Source: a virus. Taken from it: a DNA stretch of 22,774 nt. The notes below the pieces were generated by a model, which saw nothing but the letters and a program-made list of their open reading frames with translations, was not told the origin of the DNA and made no database searches. The DNA is taken from the IMG/VR virus record IMGVR_UViG_3300028888_004798. One strand, written 5' to 3'. The position numbers were made by a program, and so were the translations under genes. Numbering within the stretch: position 1 is the first letter of the stretch; every line of letters starts with the position of its first letter. Below are positions 1 through 10,177 of the stretch, piece after piece.

Positions 1-1
1 T

Positions 2-869
<868 letters not shown>

Positions 870-889
870 AGTAATATTAAGTGATTATA

Positions 890-1156
890 ATGGAATTATC
901 AGATGAGATGTTAACAGAGATCAGCTATGTACAAATCTCGAAATATAGAGAAAAAGTAATGAAGTCTTTAGAGGGAGAGGTAAAGATACCTTCTCAAATA
1001 GCTAAAGACTCAGACATTAGAGTAAATCATATTTCAAAAGTATTATCTGAATTAAAAGCACATGAACTTATTGAATGCATTAATCCTGAAGTTAGAAAAG
1101 GTAGATTGTACAGGCATACTGATAAAGGTGAGGAAGTAGTTAAAAATTTAGAATAA
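890..1156 (+). CDS. Winged helix-turn-helix transcriptional regulator (MarR/ArsR-like)
   Basis: YREKVMKSL...PSQIAKDSDIRVNHISKVLSELKAHELIECINPEVRKGRLYRHTDKG fits a wHTH pattern. ATG at 890 preferred over GTG 881, since AAGTGA upstream looks like the RBS. Confidence 0.85.
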   Translation: MELSDEMLTEISYVQISKYREKVMKSLEGEVKIPSQIAKDSDIRVNHISKVLSELKAHELIECINPEVRKGRLYRHTDKGEEVVKNLE

Positions 1157-1185
1157 AGCTATATTAAAATAATATAGCTATTCAA

Positions 1186-4100
1186 TTATCTTACAATTAT
1201 TTTTTCAATAAAATCTTGCTCTTCAGGACTTAAATTATATTTTTCATATAACTGTTCACTCACTGAATTATTCCAATCAATATCTGAAGATTCAGTAAAA
1301 TCTTGCATAGGAACAAAACTATACACTCTTTTAGGAGCATCTTGAGTTGTTTTATTAGTGCCGACTAATAATTTGAAGAATTTAGTTTCCATATATTTTA
1401 AAGCATTTTGAGCTTCTATTTCACTTTCAAAAGAACCTATTTGTAAAAAGGTTTCAGTACATAATTCACCAGGTTTTCCTATCACAGGAGTAGGCCTATT
1501 ATCTTGTCCTAACTTTCCATTTCCATATGTACGATTAACGAACAATTTATATTTATATAATCCATCTTTTTTAGGAAGTGGATAATCTTGAGGAACATAT
1601 TTAAAAACTCTTATCCTGTTTTCAAGACCAAATATAGATAAATCAGTTGAATTATTTTTATTATTAAAAATTTCGGGCAAATCGTATTTTTTAGGATTTT
1701 TAAAGAAATCTCCTGTAAGTCCATAAGGTTTACGGCTAGAGACAATAGAGTCAAAAGATTCAAAATCATTATCCATTATTTTATGAAGTATGGAAATAAT
1801 TCTTTCATCCCTAATATAAATATCACCTAAGTCATGTAAATATCTAGTGGAATATTGTATTTCTCCATTATTATGGAATACAATTTCACAAGGCCTTTCT
1901 TCATTTTCACTTCTTAAGAAATAACATATTCCGCCTTTTATTTCAACAGTTGGGAAAATATCCTTAGAACTAACGTAATCAAATAATTTAATTATATGTT
2001 TATCTTTAAGCATATCTTCTCTAAAATCATCTAAGTTTTTACCACTAGTGTACCATCTAGCAGGTATAATTAATGATATGTAATTAGGTTGTAATTTTTT
2101 AGATACATCAACAAAATGCTGAAAAACATTTTTTGCACTAGCACTAGCGCCCCCATCCATCTCTTGATAAGGGGGATTTCCTACAATAGCATCAAATTTC
2201 ATTTTACCATCACCTTTAATCTGCCAGAAATTTGGATCTGAAATATTAGTTATTAGTTCATCATCATTATTTTTAAATTGATTTAACATGTCATCAAAAT
2301 AACAAGCATTAAATTTACCCTCTCTAAAACCTAATAAAGTTCTTCTTGCTATATCTTTAGCCATTGGAGTTTTACAAATAATAAAAATATTGTTTTCTAT
2401 AATGTCAAACCAGATATCCCATTGGCTATCTATTGATAACACCATAGAATAAGAATCAACTTTATTTTTATAAATATTATATGACGTGTATAATTGATAT
2501 AAACCTGTTTTAGAATTAATCTCTAAAATTTTACTGTTTTCATTAAATACATTAGATGTGAGAAATCCACGAGAAACAAAACGAGGTTCATCTAAAAGAC
2601 CATCTACAAAATCAAATGAATCATCATAGAAACACCATCCACCAAAACAATCACTTAAATGCATATTTACTACTCGCCATGGTGTTAAAACTGTTTCTTT
2701 ATCTGGATTTTTAAAATAAGAATGTATTTCTGTAATTCTTTGAATACGTTCCTCAATAGGCAAGTTATCAGCATCTTTTATCGTACGTCTGATTTTATTT
2801 CCTGCAGCTACAAATACTTCTTCATCATAATATTTGATAAATTTTTCAAATAGTTCTTTAGTCACACCAACAGGCATAAACTCTTCCCAAGATTCTTGAT
2901 CAACAATATCATCATTTAAGAAGTCTCTAAGTTTAAAATCATAATCAATAGGAATATCTGCTCCAAATATTAAAAGAGGCATCCTAATAGATATTTCTTT
3001 CAAAATTAATATTGCATCTTTTTTTTGTTTTTCTAATTCATCTTCTTTATCTACTAATGCTTCTTCTTCAGGAGTTCTTTCATCTTCTGGTTTTGTTTTA
3101 ATTTCCCCGACTTTTTCTATATCTTCCTCTGTTAATCCAGTTATATTAATATCAATATTTTTTATATCTGAATTGGTTTTAGAACTTACAATAGCTTTTT
3201 TAAGTTCATTAAAATCTAATAAATCAACATCTGTTAAAGTCAGAAGATTATTATTGTATAAATTACTATCATTAAAACCATTTATAACAGCTTTATCAGC
3301 ATAAGCTCTTTTAAGTTGCTGAAGCATTTTAGGTACATTATATGGTTTCATTCCAGTATTGTCTATTGAAATTACAGGGCAAAAGTTTAAAAATTTCTTA
3401 AGAGCTTTCCTTTGACTATCAGTTGATTCTCCTGCTTTCGTAGAAAGATGAACCGCTTCAGCAACAACTTTTAAAGTTCTGTCTGGAGCAAAATCAAATA
3501 CATAACAATCAGTTTTAATTTTTCCGAATTTATTGCAAGGGGATTGTGCTCTAAAAATAGTCTGAAGATAATTTGAAGCTGAAACTAAATTAGAACCTGA
3601 TAAATACATAACTGATGTCCATTCTCTAACTGTGACTCCAGTAGTTAATTTTCCACATGATAATGTAATTGTGTATCCATCTTCTCCAGCATCATCAATA
3701 GCATCCATAACTAGTTTTAAAGCTTCATCATTAGGATCTTCATCATCACCATCACCGGCAACATTTACAATATCAAAACCACTAAAAACCGGATGCCCCC
3801 TTAATAATTTACTAAGTGCTTTAGCCTCGGCAACTCCAGGAAGTAACCAAAATGAGTGTTTAAATAAATCCCTATATTTCTTACTTGCAAAAGGATAATT
3901 ATTATTTTCATCTTCCCGAGATATCAAATTTAAAAAACTGATTACATCATCTTCATAGACAAAATCACCAATTTGTTTATCAGGAGGTACCTCCATAGAA
4001 TCCTTTTCAATATTTCCTGTCCATGTTCTAAAAAATTCTTTAAAATTAAATGCTTTGTCAATTATGTCATTATACTGGACAGTATTTAACAATTCGCCTA

Positions 4101-5205
4101 AATCATATGTGAAGATGTGCATTTTAGGTAATTCTGCATAAGGATTAGAATCCCCCCAATGTTCTATATCCCACTTTCTTTTAGCTTCTTGTTCCATCAT
4201 ATAATCCCAAGTATAAATTTCATCATCTTCATACTCGTCTTTAATATTAAATGGAGTCCCAGATAATTCCAAACGTTTTGTATTATCTTTAATTAAAGCT
4301 TCATAAACACTTTGACCTAATTCAGTTCTTGTTCCTTCATGTGCTTCATCAATAATTACTAAATCCCAATCCAAATCGAAAATTTCATCATTTTTATCAA
4401 AAGTTCCACCAACAGTCGTAGAACCTCTTAAATCTTGGATAGAAGCAAAATAAACAAAATTCCTTCCAGAATCTATTAAGTCTTTTAATGAATTATAACC
4501 TGTTCCTTTAGAACCATATTCATAACCATCCCCATCAAAAAATATTTTATTAAAATCATCATACCAACTTTTATCAACAACCGGGCGATGAGTTATAATA
4601 ATACTTTTTTCAAATTTTTCACGTTTAATAACTTCTAAGGCAGCTAATGTTTTACCAAAACGCATTTTTGCATTCCATAACATGCGTGGATATTTCTCAA
4701 ATCTTTTAACAGTTTTTTCAATAGCCTCTATTTGTTCTGGCCTAAATATAATTGGATTATAATCCTCTGAAGTAGTAGTGCCTGAAAGATTATGTTTTCC
4801 ATCTTTTTTAGCTTTAATTGCTTCTATAGCTATATTAAGTCCCACTTCAAACCATTCTTTAGCATTACCTATTTCTTTTCTAGGATATCCTGAATTGATT
4901 AAAATGTTATGAACATCATGATCTCTAAAAGATTCTGATTTAGATTTATCATCAGATTCAGTAATAGCTAGTTCAGTATGTAAAAGAATATATTCAATAC
5001 CTGCTGTTTGAGTATAATGATTTATTCTGTTTTTAGCTGAGGCATTCAAATCGTCACAGTTAGGGGGTAACTGATTAGGAGTTTTACTAGTATTAATAGT
5101 TGTGTCTCCTATTTTTAACAGATTTTTATGTGCTTCATCATTTATAGTAAAAATATAAATGAGTTTGTACTTAAAAGTTTTTTCAAATTCGATTGAACTA
5201 GGCAT
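1186..5205 (-). CDS. Restriction-modification fusion: N-terminal putative GIY-YIG/T5orf172-like nuclease, SF2 helicase/ATPase, Eco57I-like N6-adenine methyltransferase and TRD
   Basis: Walker A-like NAKMRFGKT, IIDEAH, helicase-C motifs LSCGKLTTGVTV and YLQTIFRAQSP; ETVLTPWRVV; catalytic motif IV FDAIVGNPPYQE; C-terminal TRD-like region. Confidence 0.85.
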   Translation of the reverse strand: MPSSIEFEKTFKYKLIYIFTINDEAHKNLLKIGDTTINTSKTPNQLPPNCDDLNASAKNRINHYTQTAGIEYILLHTELAITESDDKSKSESFRDHDVHNILINSGYPRKEIGNAKEWFEVGLNIAIEAIKAKKDGKHNLSGTTTSEDYNPIIFRPEQIEAIEKTVKRFEKYPRMLWNAKMRFGKTLAALEVIKREKFEKSIIITHRPVVDKSWYDDFNKIFFDGDGYEYGSKGTGYNSLKDLIDSGRNFVYFASIQDLRGSTTVGGTFDKNDEIFDLDWDLVIIDEAHEGTRTELGQSVYEALIKDNTKRLELSGTPFNIKDEYEDDEIYTWDYMMEQEAKRKWDIEHWGDSNPYAELPKMHIFTYDLGELLNTVQYNDIIDKAFNFKEFFRTWTGNIEKDSMEVPPDKQIGDFVYEDDVISFLNLISREDENNNYPFASKKYRDLFKHSFWLLPGVAEAKALSKLLRGHPVFSGFDIVNVAGDGDDEDPNDEALKLVMDAIDDAGEDGYTITLSCGKLTTGVTVREWTSVMYLSGSNLVSASNYLQTIFRAQSPCNKFGKIKTDCYVFDFAPDRTLKVVAEAVHLSTKAGESTDSQRKALKKFLNFCPVISIDNTGMKPYNVPKMLQQLKRAYADKAVINGFNDSNLYNNNLLTLTDVDLLDFNELKKAIVSSKTNSDIKNIDINITGLTEEDIEKVGEIKTKPEDERTPEEEALVDKEDELEKQKKDAILILKEISIRMPLLIFGADIPIDYDFKLRDFLNDDIVDQESWEEFMPVGVTKELFEKFIKYYDEEVFVAAGNKIRRTIKDADNLPIEERIQRITEIHSYFKNPDKETVLTPWRVVNMHLSDCFGGWCFYDDSFDFVDGLLDEPRFVSRGFLTSNVFNENSKILEINSKTGLYQLYTSYNIYKNKVDSYSMVLSIDSQWDIWFDIIENNIFIICKTPMAKDIARRTLLGFREGKFNACYFDDMLNQFKNNDDELITNISDPNFWQIKGDGKMKFDAIVGNPPYQEMDGGASASAKNVFQHFVDVSKKLQPNYISLIIPARWYTSGKNLDDFREDMLKDKHIIKLFDYVSSKDIFPTVEIKGGICYFLRSENEERPCEIVFHNNGEIQYSTRYLHDLGDIYIRDERIISILHKIMDNDFESFDSIVSSRKPYGLTGDFFKNPKKYDLPEIFNNKNNSTDLSIFGLENRIRVFKYVPQDYPLPKKDGLYKYKLFVNRTYGNGKLGQDNRPTPVIGKPGELCTETFLQIGSFESEIEAQNALKYMETKFFKLLVGTNKTTQDAPKRVYSFVPMQDFTESSDIDWNNSVSEQLYEKYNLSPEEQDFIEKIIVR

Positions 5206-6178
5206 TATTTTTCCCTTCTTTGATTAAATCTATAAATTTAATTGTTTTTCCACTATCCCAATCTTTAATTTTACAATAAGTTCCATTATGTTTAGTTATT
5301 TGATTTTTCTTACATCCAATACATTCAATTTCTGTTTCTTCAGGACCCATTAATGTATTAATAATTTTTTTACCATTTTGACATGAAAATGGAACCACAT
5401 ATTTTAAAGCATCCATTTGAAAGATATTCCAAGAAATAATCTCCGCAATATCATATAAAAAATCATATTCTGGATTCTTATCAAATTTTTCAATGAAATA
5501 ATCAACAAAAGTAAATAAAATATTTTCTCTTGCTAAAAGAAGACTGTCTCCTTGAAATTCAAAAGCATAAATATTTTCAAAAGATTTTTTAGCCCAATAT
5601 AACCAATCATCTTGATTATTTGTATTTTCAGAAACAACTCTTAATTTTCTATCTAAAAGACCAATTCTGTTTTTTACTTTGATAAATTCTCCTGTGACCG
5701 CATCATACCTACTTACAAGATAAGGTGCTTCACCGCAAGTTATTTCTAATCTAGTGTCAAGTATATAATCTTGCCAGGTTTTTCCTTTAGGGAATTTTAT
5801 TTTATTAATATTTGGTTCCCATGTCTCCCCATTCTCTTGATTGAAAACGTTTTTACAATTGAACCATTTTTCATCAATTAGATTATTCTGTTTATTACAT
5901 ATCCAAGAAGGAGTAAAAACTTCTCCACTATCTCGGCTTCTTGTTGTTTGTTGATCATCTGTTTTTTTAATTCTAGGTTTAATAACATCTCCATTGTCCC
6001 CAGTGATTAATTCAGGACATATTCTTGAAGTTATTTCATAACCTTCACCATAATCTTCATAATCACTTGTTGCCCAAATGATATTTTTATTGGAGGAACG
6101 GTCTTTTAAAAGAATTTGCAATAATTCTGGATTGGATTTTTTTATAAAATTTTCTTTAATATCAATTCCCTGTTGCAT
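5198..6178 (-). CDS. Methyltransferase-like partner subunit of the RM locus (SAM-binding half, no NPPY motif seen)
   Basis: GEVFTPSWIC, LEITCGEAPYL (motif I-like), IYAFEFQGDSLLLARENI, WNIFQMDAL. Overlaps the start of the 1339-aa gene by 8 bp. ATG 6178 has a GGAGAATAGG RBS; alternative start 6193. Confidence 0.75.
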   Translation of the reverse strand: MQQGIDIKENFIKKSNPELLQILLKDRSSNKNIIWATSDYEDYGEGYEITSRICPELITGDNGDVIKPRIKKTDDQQTTRSRDSGEVFTPSWICNKQNNLIDEKWFNCKNVFNQENGETWEPNINKIKFPKGKTWQDYILDTRLEITCGEAPYLVSRYDAVTGEFIKVKNRIGLLDRKLRVVSENTNNQDDWLYWAKKSFENIYAFEFQGDSLLLARENILFTFVDYFIEKFDKNPEYDFLYDIAEIISWNIFQMDALKYVVPFSCQNGKKIINTLMGPEETEIECIGCKKNQITKHNGTYCKIKDWDSGKTIKFIDLIKEGKNNA

Positions 6179-6404
6179 TATCCTATTCTCCATTAATTTA
6201 TTAGGAAGTAAATAAGTATTTTAGATAGACATTACTAGGCTTTCACAGTCAATTTAATCATCTTAACAATAGTATAAACTTGTTACTATGTATATTATGA
6301 AAACAATATATATTTTTATATTACATACAACATTACATATCGTCATTTCTTTAAGCTAGTTAAATTGAAGAAAATATATAGTAGTGGTTATAAATAATAT
6401 AATA

Positions 6405-6543
6405 ATGAAAACAATACTTTCACTCCAATATTGTTTTCATGAGGGGAATAGGTCGCAAACACGTTACTAAAATAAATTTAAATTTAAGCTTAATTTAGTA
6501 CAGATAACTTTATTACTATACTACGGACGGCTTATTTCCCTTC
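6405..6543 (+). ncRNA. Candidate structured RNA upstream of the capsid operon
   Basis: Perfect 12-bp hairpin 6405-6416/6429-6440. 15-bp stem 6441-6455/6528-6543 with three G-U wobbles and one bulge encloses the TACTAAA/TTTAGTA stem. TATA-like TTATAAAT upstream, T-rich tract downstream. Confidence 0.35.
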
Positions 6544-6689
6544 TATCCTTTAGTTCTATTTTTAAATAACAATTTAATTATTATATCCTCTTTTCAAAAT
6601 TTTTTTAAAAGTAGCTATTATATAGAGATATTTATATAATATAAATAATAAATTAAGTAATAGTAAAATATTAGTGGAGGACATATATA

Positions 6690-7193
6690 ATGGCAGATTC
6701 TATTATCTTATTAGAAGAGCGTAAAGAAGTCACAACTTTCTTATTAGATGAAGGTGCGATTACTGCAACTACTGTAACAACTCCTACTGGTGAAACTCCA
6801 GGATATGAGTATGCAGGCAATAAAATTAAAGTCGATGATGTCGTAACATTATCAGCTAACTCAGATATCGGAAAACCTACAGTTAAAAAATATACTGCAG
6901 CTGAAGGCGAAATCATTTTAGGTATTGCAGTTAACGATCCAGTTACCATGACCGGAGGCAGAAGAAAAACTTCCATCCTTGTATTAGGTCATTTATTCAG
7001 ATTGAAATTAGCTAGCGGTTTATCCAACATTGCCGTTAATGATCATATTGCTTTAACATCCACTGGAGCTATTAAGTCTGATGACGGCGAATATATTGCA
7101 ATGCACCCTGTAGCAAGTTCTGACGATTACAAATACATTGAAGTATTCAGACCATATGATATTGGCGCCACTGGCGAAAGTGGTCAAACATAA
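6690..7193 (+). CDS. Probable capsid decoration/cement protein (beta-tulip, DUF2190-like)
   Basis: Position directly before the capsid genes; pattern DDVVTLS...ILGIAVND...SILVLG...IAVNDHIALTSTGAI...YIAM...IEV resembles cement proteins. GGAGG RBS. Confidence 0.6.
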   Translation: MADSIILLEERKEVTTFLLDEGAITATTVTTPTGETPGYEYAGNKIKVDDVVTLSANSDIGKPTVKKYTAAEGEIILGIAVNDPVTMTGGRRKTSILVLGHLFRLKLASGLSNIAVNDHIALTSTGAIKSDDGEYIAMHPVASSDDYKYIEVFRPYDIGATGESGQT

Positions 7194-7205
7194 AGGTGAT
7201 AATGA

Positions 7206-8144
7206 ATGATTACAAAAGGAAATAATACTAAAGTTCAAAACGAGGTAATAGCTCAAACTATTACTGATGAAACTGCAAAAAGGTTAAAGTTGGCCAGATT
7301 GTTTCCTAAGCAAGAAATTAAAGAGAACTCAGATTATTATACTTACTTTAGACAAAACATTAATCTTGATGAAGCTATTAAAAAAGGATTGCTCGGTGAG
7401 GCCAAAGACATTGCCCCAGGTGCAAGCCTTCAAGAATTAAACATAAGAAAACCAGTAACAGACACTATCAGCATAGATACTGTTGGTGGAGTCTTGAATG
7501 TCAATAAAGATGTGTTTGATTCAGACATTGTTTCATTTGAGGATTTATTAGGTGATGTAGCTACCGTTATTGCAAATCGTATTGAATACAACATTTACGA
7601 TACAATAATCAGCTCACCAAATGTTCCTGCATACAATACCACCCAAACGGATGACACTATGGATGCATTCGGTAAATTCGTTATCAGTGCACAGGAGGCA
7701 TTCAAAGGTAACGCTGGAGCAGGTGCAGACTTAACAATAATGGCAGAGTCTTACAAAACATTATCATACGTTAAACAATTAGCGTACAGTTCTAACAAGT
7801 TAGTTCAACCGGTAGAAGCTATTAAAGAATACTACGGTATTGACAACATTGATCTTTTAGGAACAACCCAAGCTGACGGCGGATCATTAATAGGTGAAAA
7901 ACAATATATCGGTTTTGATCTCCGTAATGCACCGTTAACAGTATTGTATTCTAAATCTTCAGGAACTACTGTTGCGCCTATTACATCCGATGAAAACATT
8001 GCAGACTTCTATCCACTCATTGAAATCATGAGAAAAGATATTTACGATGAATTACCTCAATACACCAAATTATTTATACAAAGTAAAGTAGGAATATTAT
8101 TAAATAAACCAGGTCTTGCTTTGAAAGGTACTTGCAGACCATAG
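7206..8144 (+). CDS. HK97-fold major capsid protein, paralog 1
   Basis: 312 aa. E-loop/spine-helix pattern IAPGASLQELNIRKPVTDTISIDTVGGVLNVNKDVFDSDIVSFEDLLGDVATVIANRIEYNI. GGTGA RBS; follows the decoration-like gene. Confidence 0.75.
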   Translation: MITKGNNTKVQNEVIAQTITDETAKRLKLARLFPKQEIKENSDYYTYFRQNINLDEAIKKGLLGEAKDIAPGASLQELNIRKPVTDTISIDTVGGVLNVNKDVFDSDIVSFEDLLGDVATVIANRIEYNIYDTIISSPNVPAYNTTQTDDTMDAFGKFVISAQEAFKGNAGAGADLTIMAESYKTLSYVKQLAYSSNKLVQPVEAIKEYYGIDNIDLLGTTQADGGSLIGEKQYIGFDLRNAPLTVLYSKSSGTTVAPITSDENIADFYPLIEIMRKDIYDELPQYTKLFIQSKVGILLNKPGLALKGTCRP

Positions 8145-8157
8145 GAGGCGATAGTTA

Positions 8158-9084
8158 ATGTTAACCAAAGGAAATGATGCAAAAGTACAAAATGAAGTCA
8201 TGGCACAGATAGTGGCCGATACTTCAGCCAAATGGATGAAATTCACCAGATTACTTCCAAAGCAAGAGATAGAAGAAAACTCACAATACTATACCTATAT
8301 GTCTCAAAGAGTCAACATCGAGGAAGCTATTCAAAGCGGCGTACTCGGTGAGGCCAAAGACATTGCTCCTGGCGCAACCCTTCAGGAATTAAACGTTAGA
8401 AAACCAATCAGCGAAACCGTATCCATTGACACTATCGGTGGAGTCTTAAACGTTTCAGCTCAAATGCTGGATTCCAATTTAATCAGCGTTAATGACATGT
8501 TACAGGATGTAGGTATCCTCATCGGTAGAAGTATTGAAAAGGCAGCTATTGATATGATAATGAATTCATCCAAAGTAGCTACCTACAACTTCGAATCTGG
8601 CGATGACACTGGTATGACCATCCTTAAAGCACAGGAAAAATTCAAAGAAGGTGCCGGAAGCTATGCCAACTTAAACAGTATGGCTGTTAGTTACAAATCT
8701 CTCACTACATTAAAATCTGACATATTCTCAAGTAACAGACAAGTTGAACCGGTAGAATTAATCAAAAGCTATTACGGCGTTGATAATATTGATATCCTTG
8801 GAACTGCTGTTTGCGATGGTGGTTCTGAGATGGGTGACAAAACATATATTGGTATGGACTACATTAACCCAGGAATGAAATTGTTATACTCCAGGACTAC
8901 AGGAACAACCGTTGCACCTTTAGGACCTGACGGTGAAATGTACGATTTCTATCCATTAATCGAATTCATGCGCAAAGACATACGTGACGAATTGCCTATG
9001 TATACAAAACTATTCATACTTTCCTCCGTCGGTGTGTTAATGAACGCACCTAATAGAATAATCAAAGGACAATTCAGAGCATAG
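8158..9084 (+). CDS. HK97-fold major capsid protein, paralog 2
   Basis: 308 aa, colinear paralog of 7206..8144 (about 67 of the first 100 residues identical by manual alignment; shared DFYPLIE.MRKDI.DELP.YTKLFI). GGAGG RBS. Confidence 0.75.
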   Translation: MLTKGNDAKVQNEVMAQIVADTSAKWMKFTRLLPKQEIEENSQYYTYMSQRVNIEEAIQSGVLGEAKDIAPGATLQELNVRKPISETVSIDTIGGVLNVSAQMLDSNLISVNDMLQDVGILIGRSIEKAAIDMIMNSSKVATYNFESGDDTGMTILKAQEKFKEGAGSYANLNSMAVSYKSLTTLKSDIFSSNRQVEPVELIKSYYGVDNIDILGTAVCDGGSEMGDKTYIGMDYINPGMKLLYSRTTGTTVAPLGPDGEMYDFYPLIEFMRKDIRDELPMYTKLFILSSVGVLMNAPNRIIKGQFRA

Positions 9085-9239
9085 AGCCATAGTAAAAAAT
9101 CTCCTAAATATATTCCTTTCGTTTGAGAGCGTGTAGGAACAAAAGAATATTAAATCTCAATAAAGATTATGTTCGTGGAGTTTTAATTGTTTTTCTTCAC
9201 TGACATCTTCTGCTAAGAGTATTTAACTCCGAATCTTCA

Positions 9240-9272
9240 ATAAGCTGGGAATCAGACCCTCTCCCAGCTTAT
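9240..9272 (+). terminator. GC-rich hairpin, probable terminator or processing site after the capsid operon
   Basis: Perfect 11-bp inverted repeat ATAAGCTGGGA / TCCCAGCTTAT with an 11-nt loop, followed by CTATTTCT. Confidence 0.5.
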
Positions 9273-9332
9273 CTATTTCTAAAAAAAATATATGTAATAT
9301 TAATAGCTATAATATATACCAGAGGATATAAG

Positions 9333-9731
9333 ATGAAATTATTTTTAGATAATAAAAATTCGTATGCAACAACAATAACAGTCAAAGGTAAGGAAATCAA
9401 ATTGCTATTAATAGAATCAAGCATATTAATAGACAGTTCACAAATAGCAACACTATTCGACAGAAAAGAAAGAACAGTTGCAGCCAAAGTCCAGAAATCC
9501 AAACTGGAGAAATACGAAACCACCAACGTTAAGCTATTGAAAAGCTACGGCCTAATGAATCCTAATGCAGTTAAACCAAAACCATTCTACGATTTAAGAC
9601 AAATCATGGAAGGCCCCGGCAGGTACTATTTCAAACAAGCTGACGAACTTGATCTCATAGACGTTATTGTTAATGTGGCCATTGGAAAACATCGTGAGTG
9701 GATCCATAACAGGGACATTGACAAATTTTAA
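9333..9731 (+). CDS. Hypothetical protein, possibly Bro-N/ORF6N-like DNA-binding
   Basis: 132-aa ORF; ITVKGKEIKLL...ILIDSSQIATLFDRKERTV resembles antirepressor-type N-terminal domains. Stop codon abuts repeat copy A. Confidence 0.55.
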   Translation: MKLFLDNKNSYATTITVKGKEIKLLLIESSILIDSSQIATLFDRKERTVAAKVQKSKLEKYETTNVKLLKSYGLMNPNAVKPKPFYDLRQIMEGPGRYYFKQADELDLIDVIVNVAIGKHREWIHNRDIDKF

Positions 9732-9843
9732 TCCACATTAACATCGGCCATTAGCTATTGAAAACTTATTTTTTGAAACCCTTTCATATATATCACGGTT
9801 TAAATTCAGAATTGAATTGTGAAAACCCTTCCGTTAACGTTAA
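9732..9843 (+). repeat. 112-bp dispersed repeat, copy A
   Basis: TCCACATTAAC...GCTATTGAAAACTTATTTTTTGAAACCCTTTCATATATATCAC...CCGTTAACGTTAA; same register as copies B-D. Confidence 0.85.
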
Positions 9844-10011
9844 TGTTGAATCAATAAATTAATAGCTATTGATTGCACCTATAGATTATCTCATCCGGAA
9901 CTTCAAATATTCATTCTAGTAAGAAATATATTTTTCCAGTAATGAAATATCAAACGTTAATGTTAATGTCATAATCATCCAACCATTACTTACTATTTCT
10001 CTATATACCTA

Positions 10012-10058
10012 TTGCGACTCGTTTCACTCGTCGCAACCTGTCCAACTTCGTTGGACAG
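10012..10058. other. Twin GC-rich hairpins, both with TTC loops
   Basis: TTGCGAC-TC-GT-TTC-AC-TC-GTCGCAA immediately followed by CTGTCCAAC-TTC-GTTGGACAG (perfect 9-bp stem). Confidence 0.7.
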
Positions 10059-10177
10059 CTTATTTTTTAAATATCAAAATGTTTATATACATCGAATTAC
10101 AGAGTAAGTATATACATTAATAATGTAATTACATTTATTAAGTAACTACATTAATTAATATCAAGGAGGAATTTAAC

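Noticed and set aside
7206-9084. Encapsulin operon
   Set aside because: An adjacent decoration-like gene, terminase, tail fibre and lysin favour a viral capsid, and no cargo enzyme is adjacent; a structure search would settle it.
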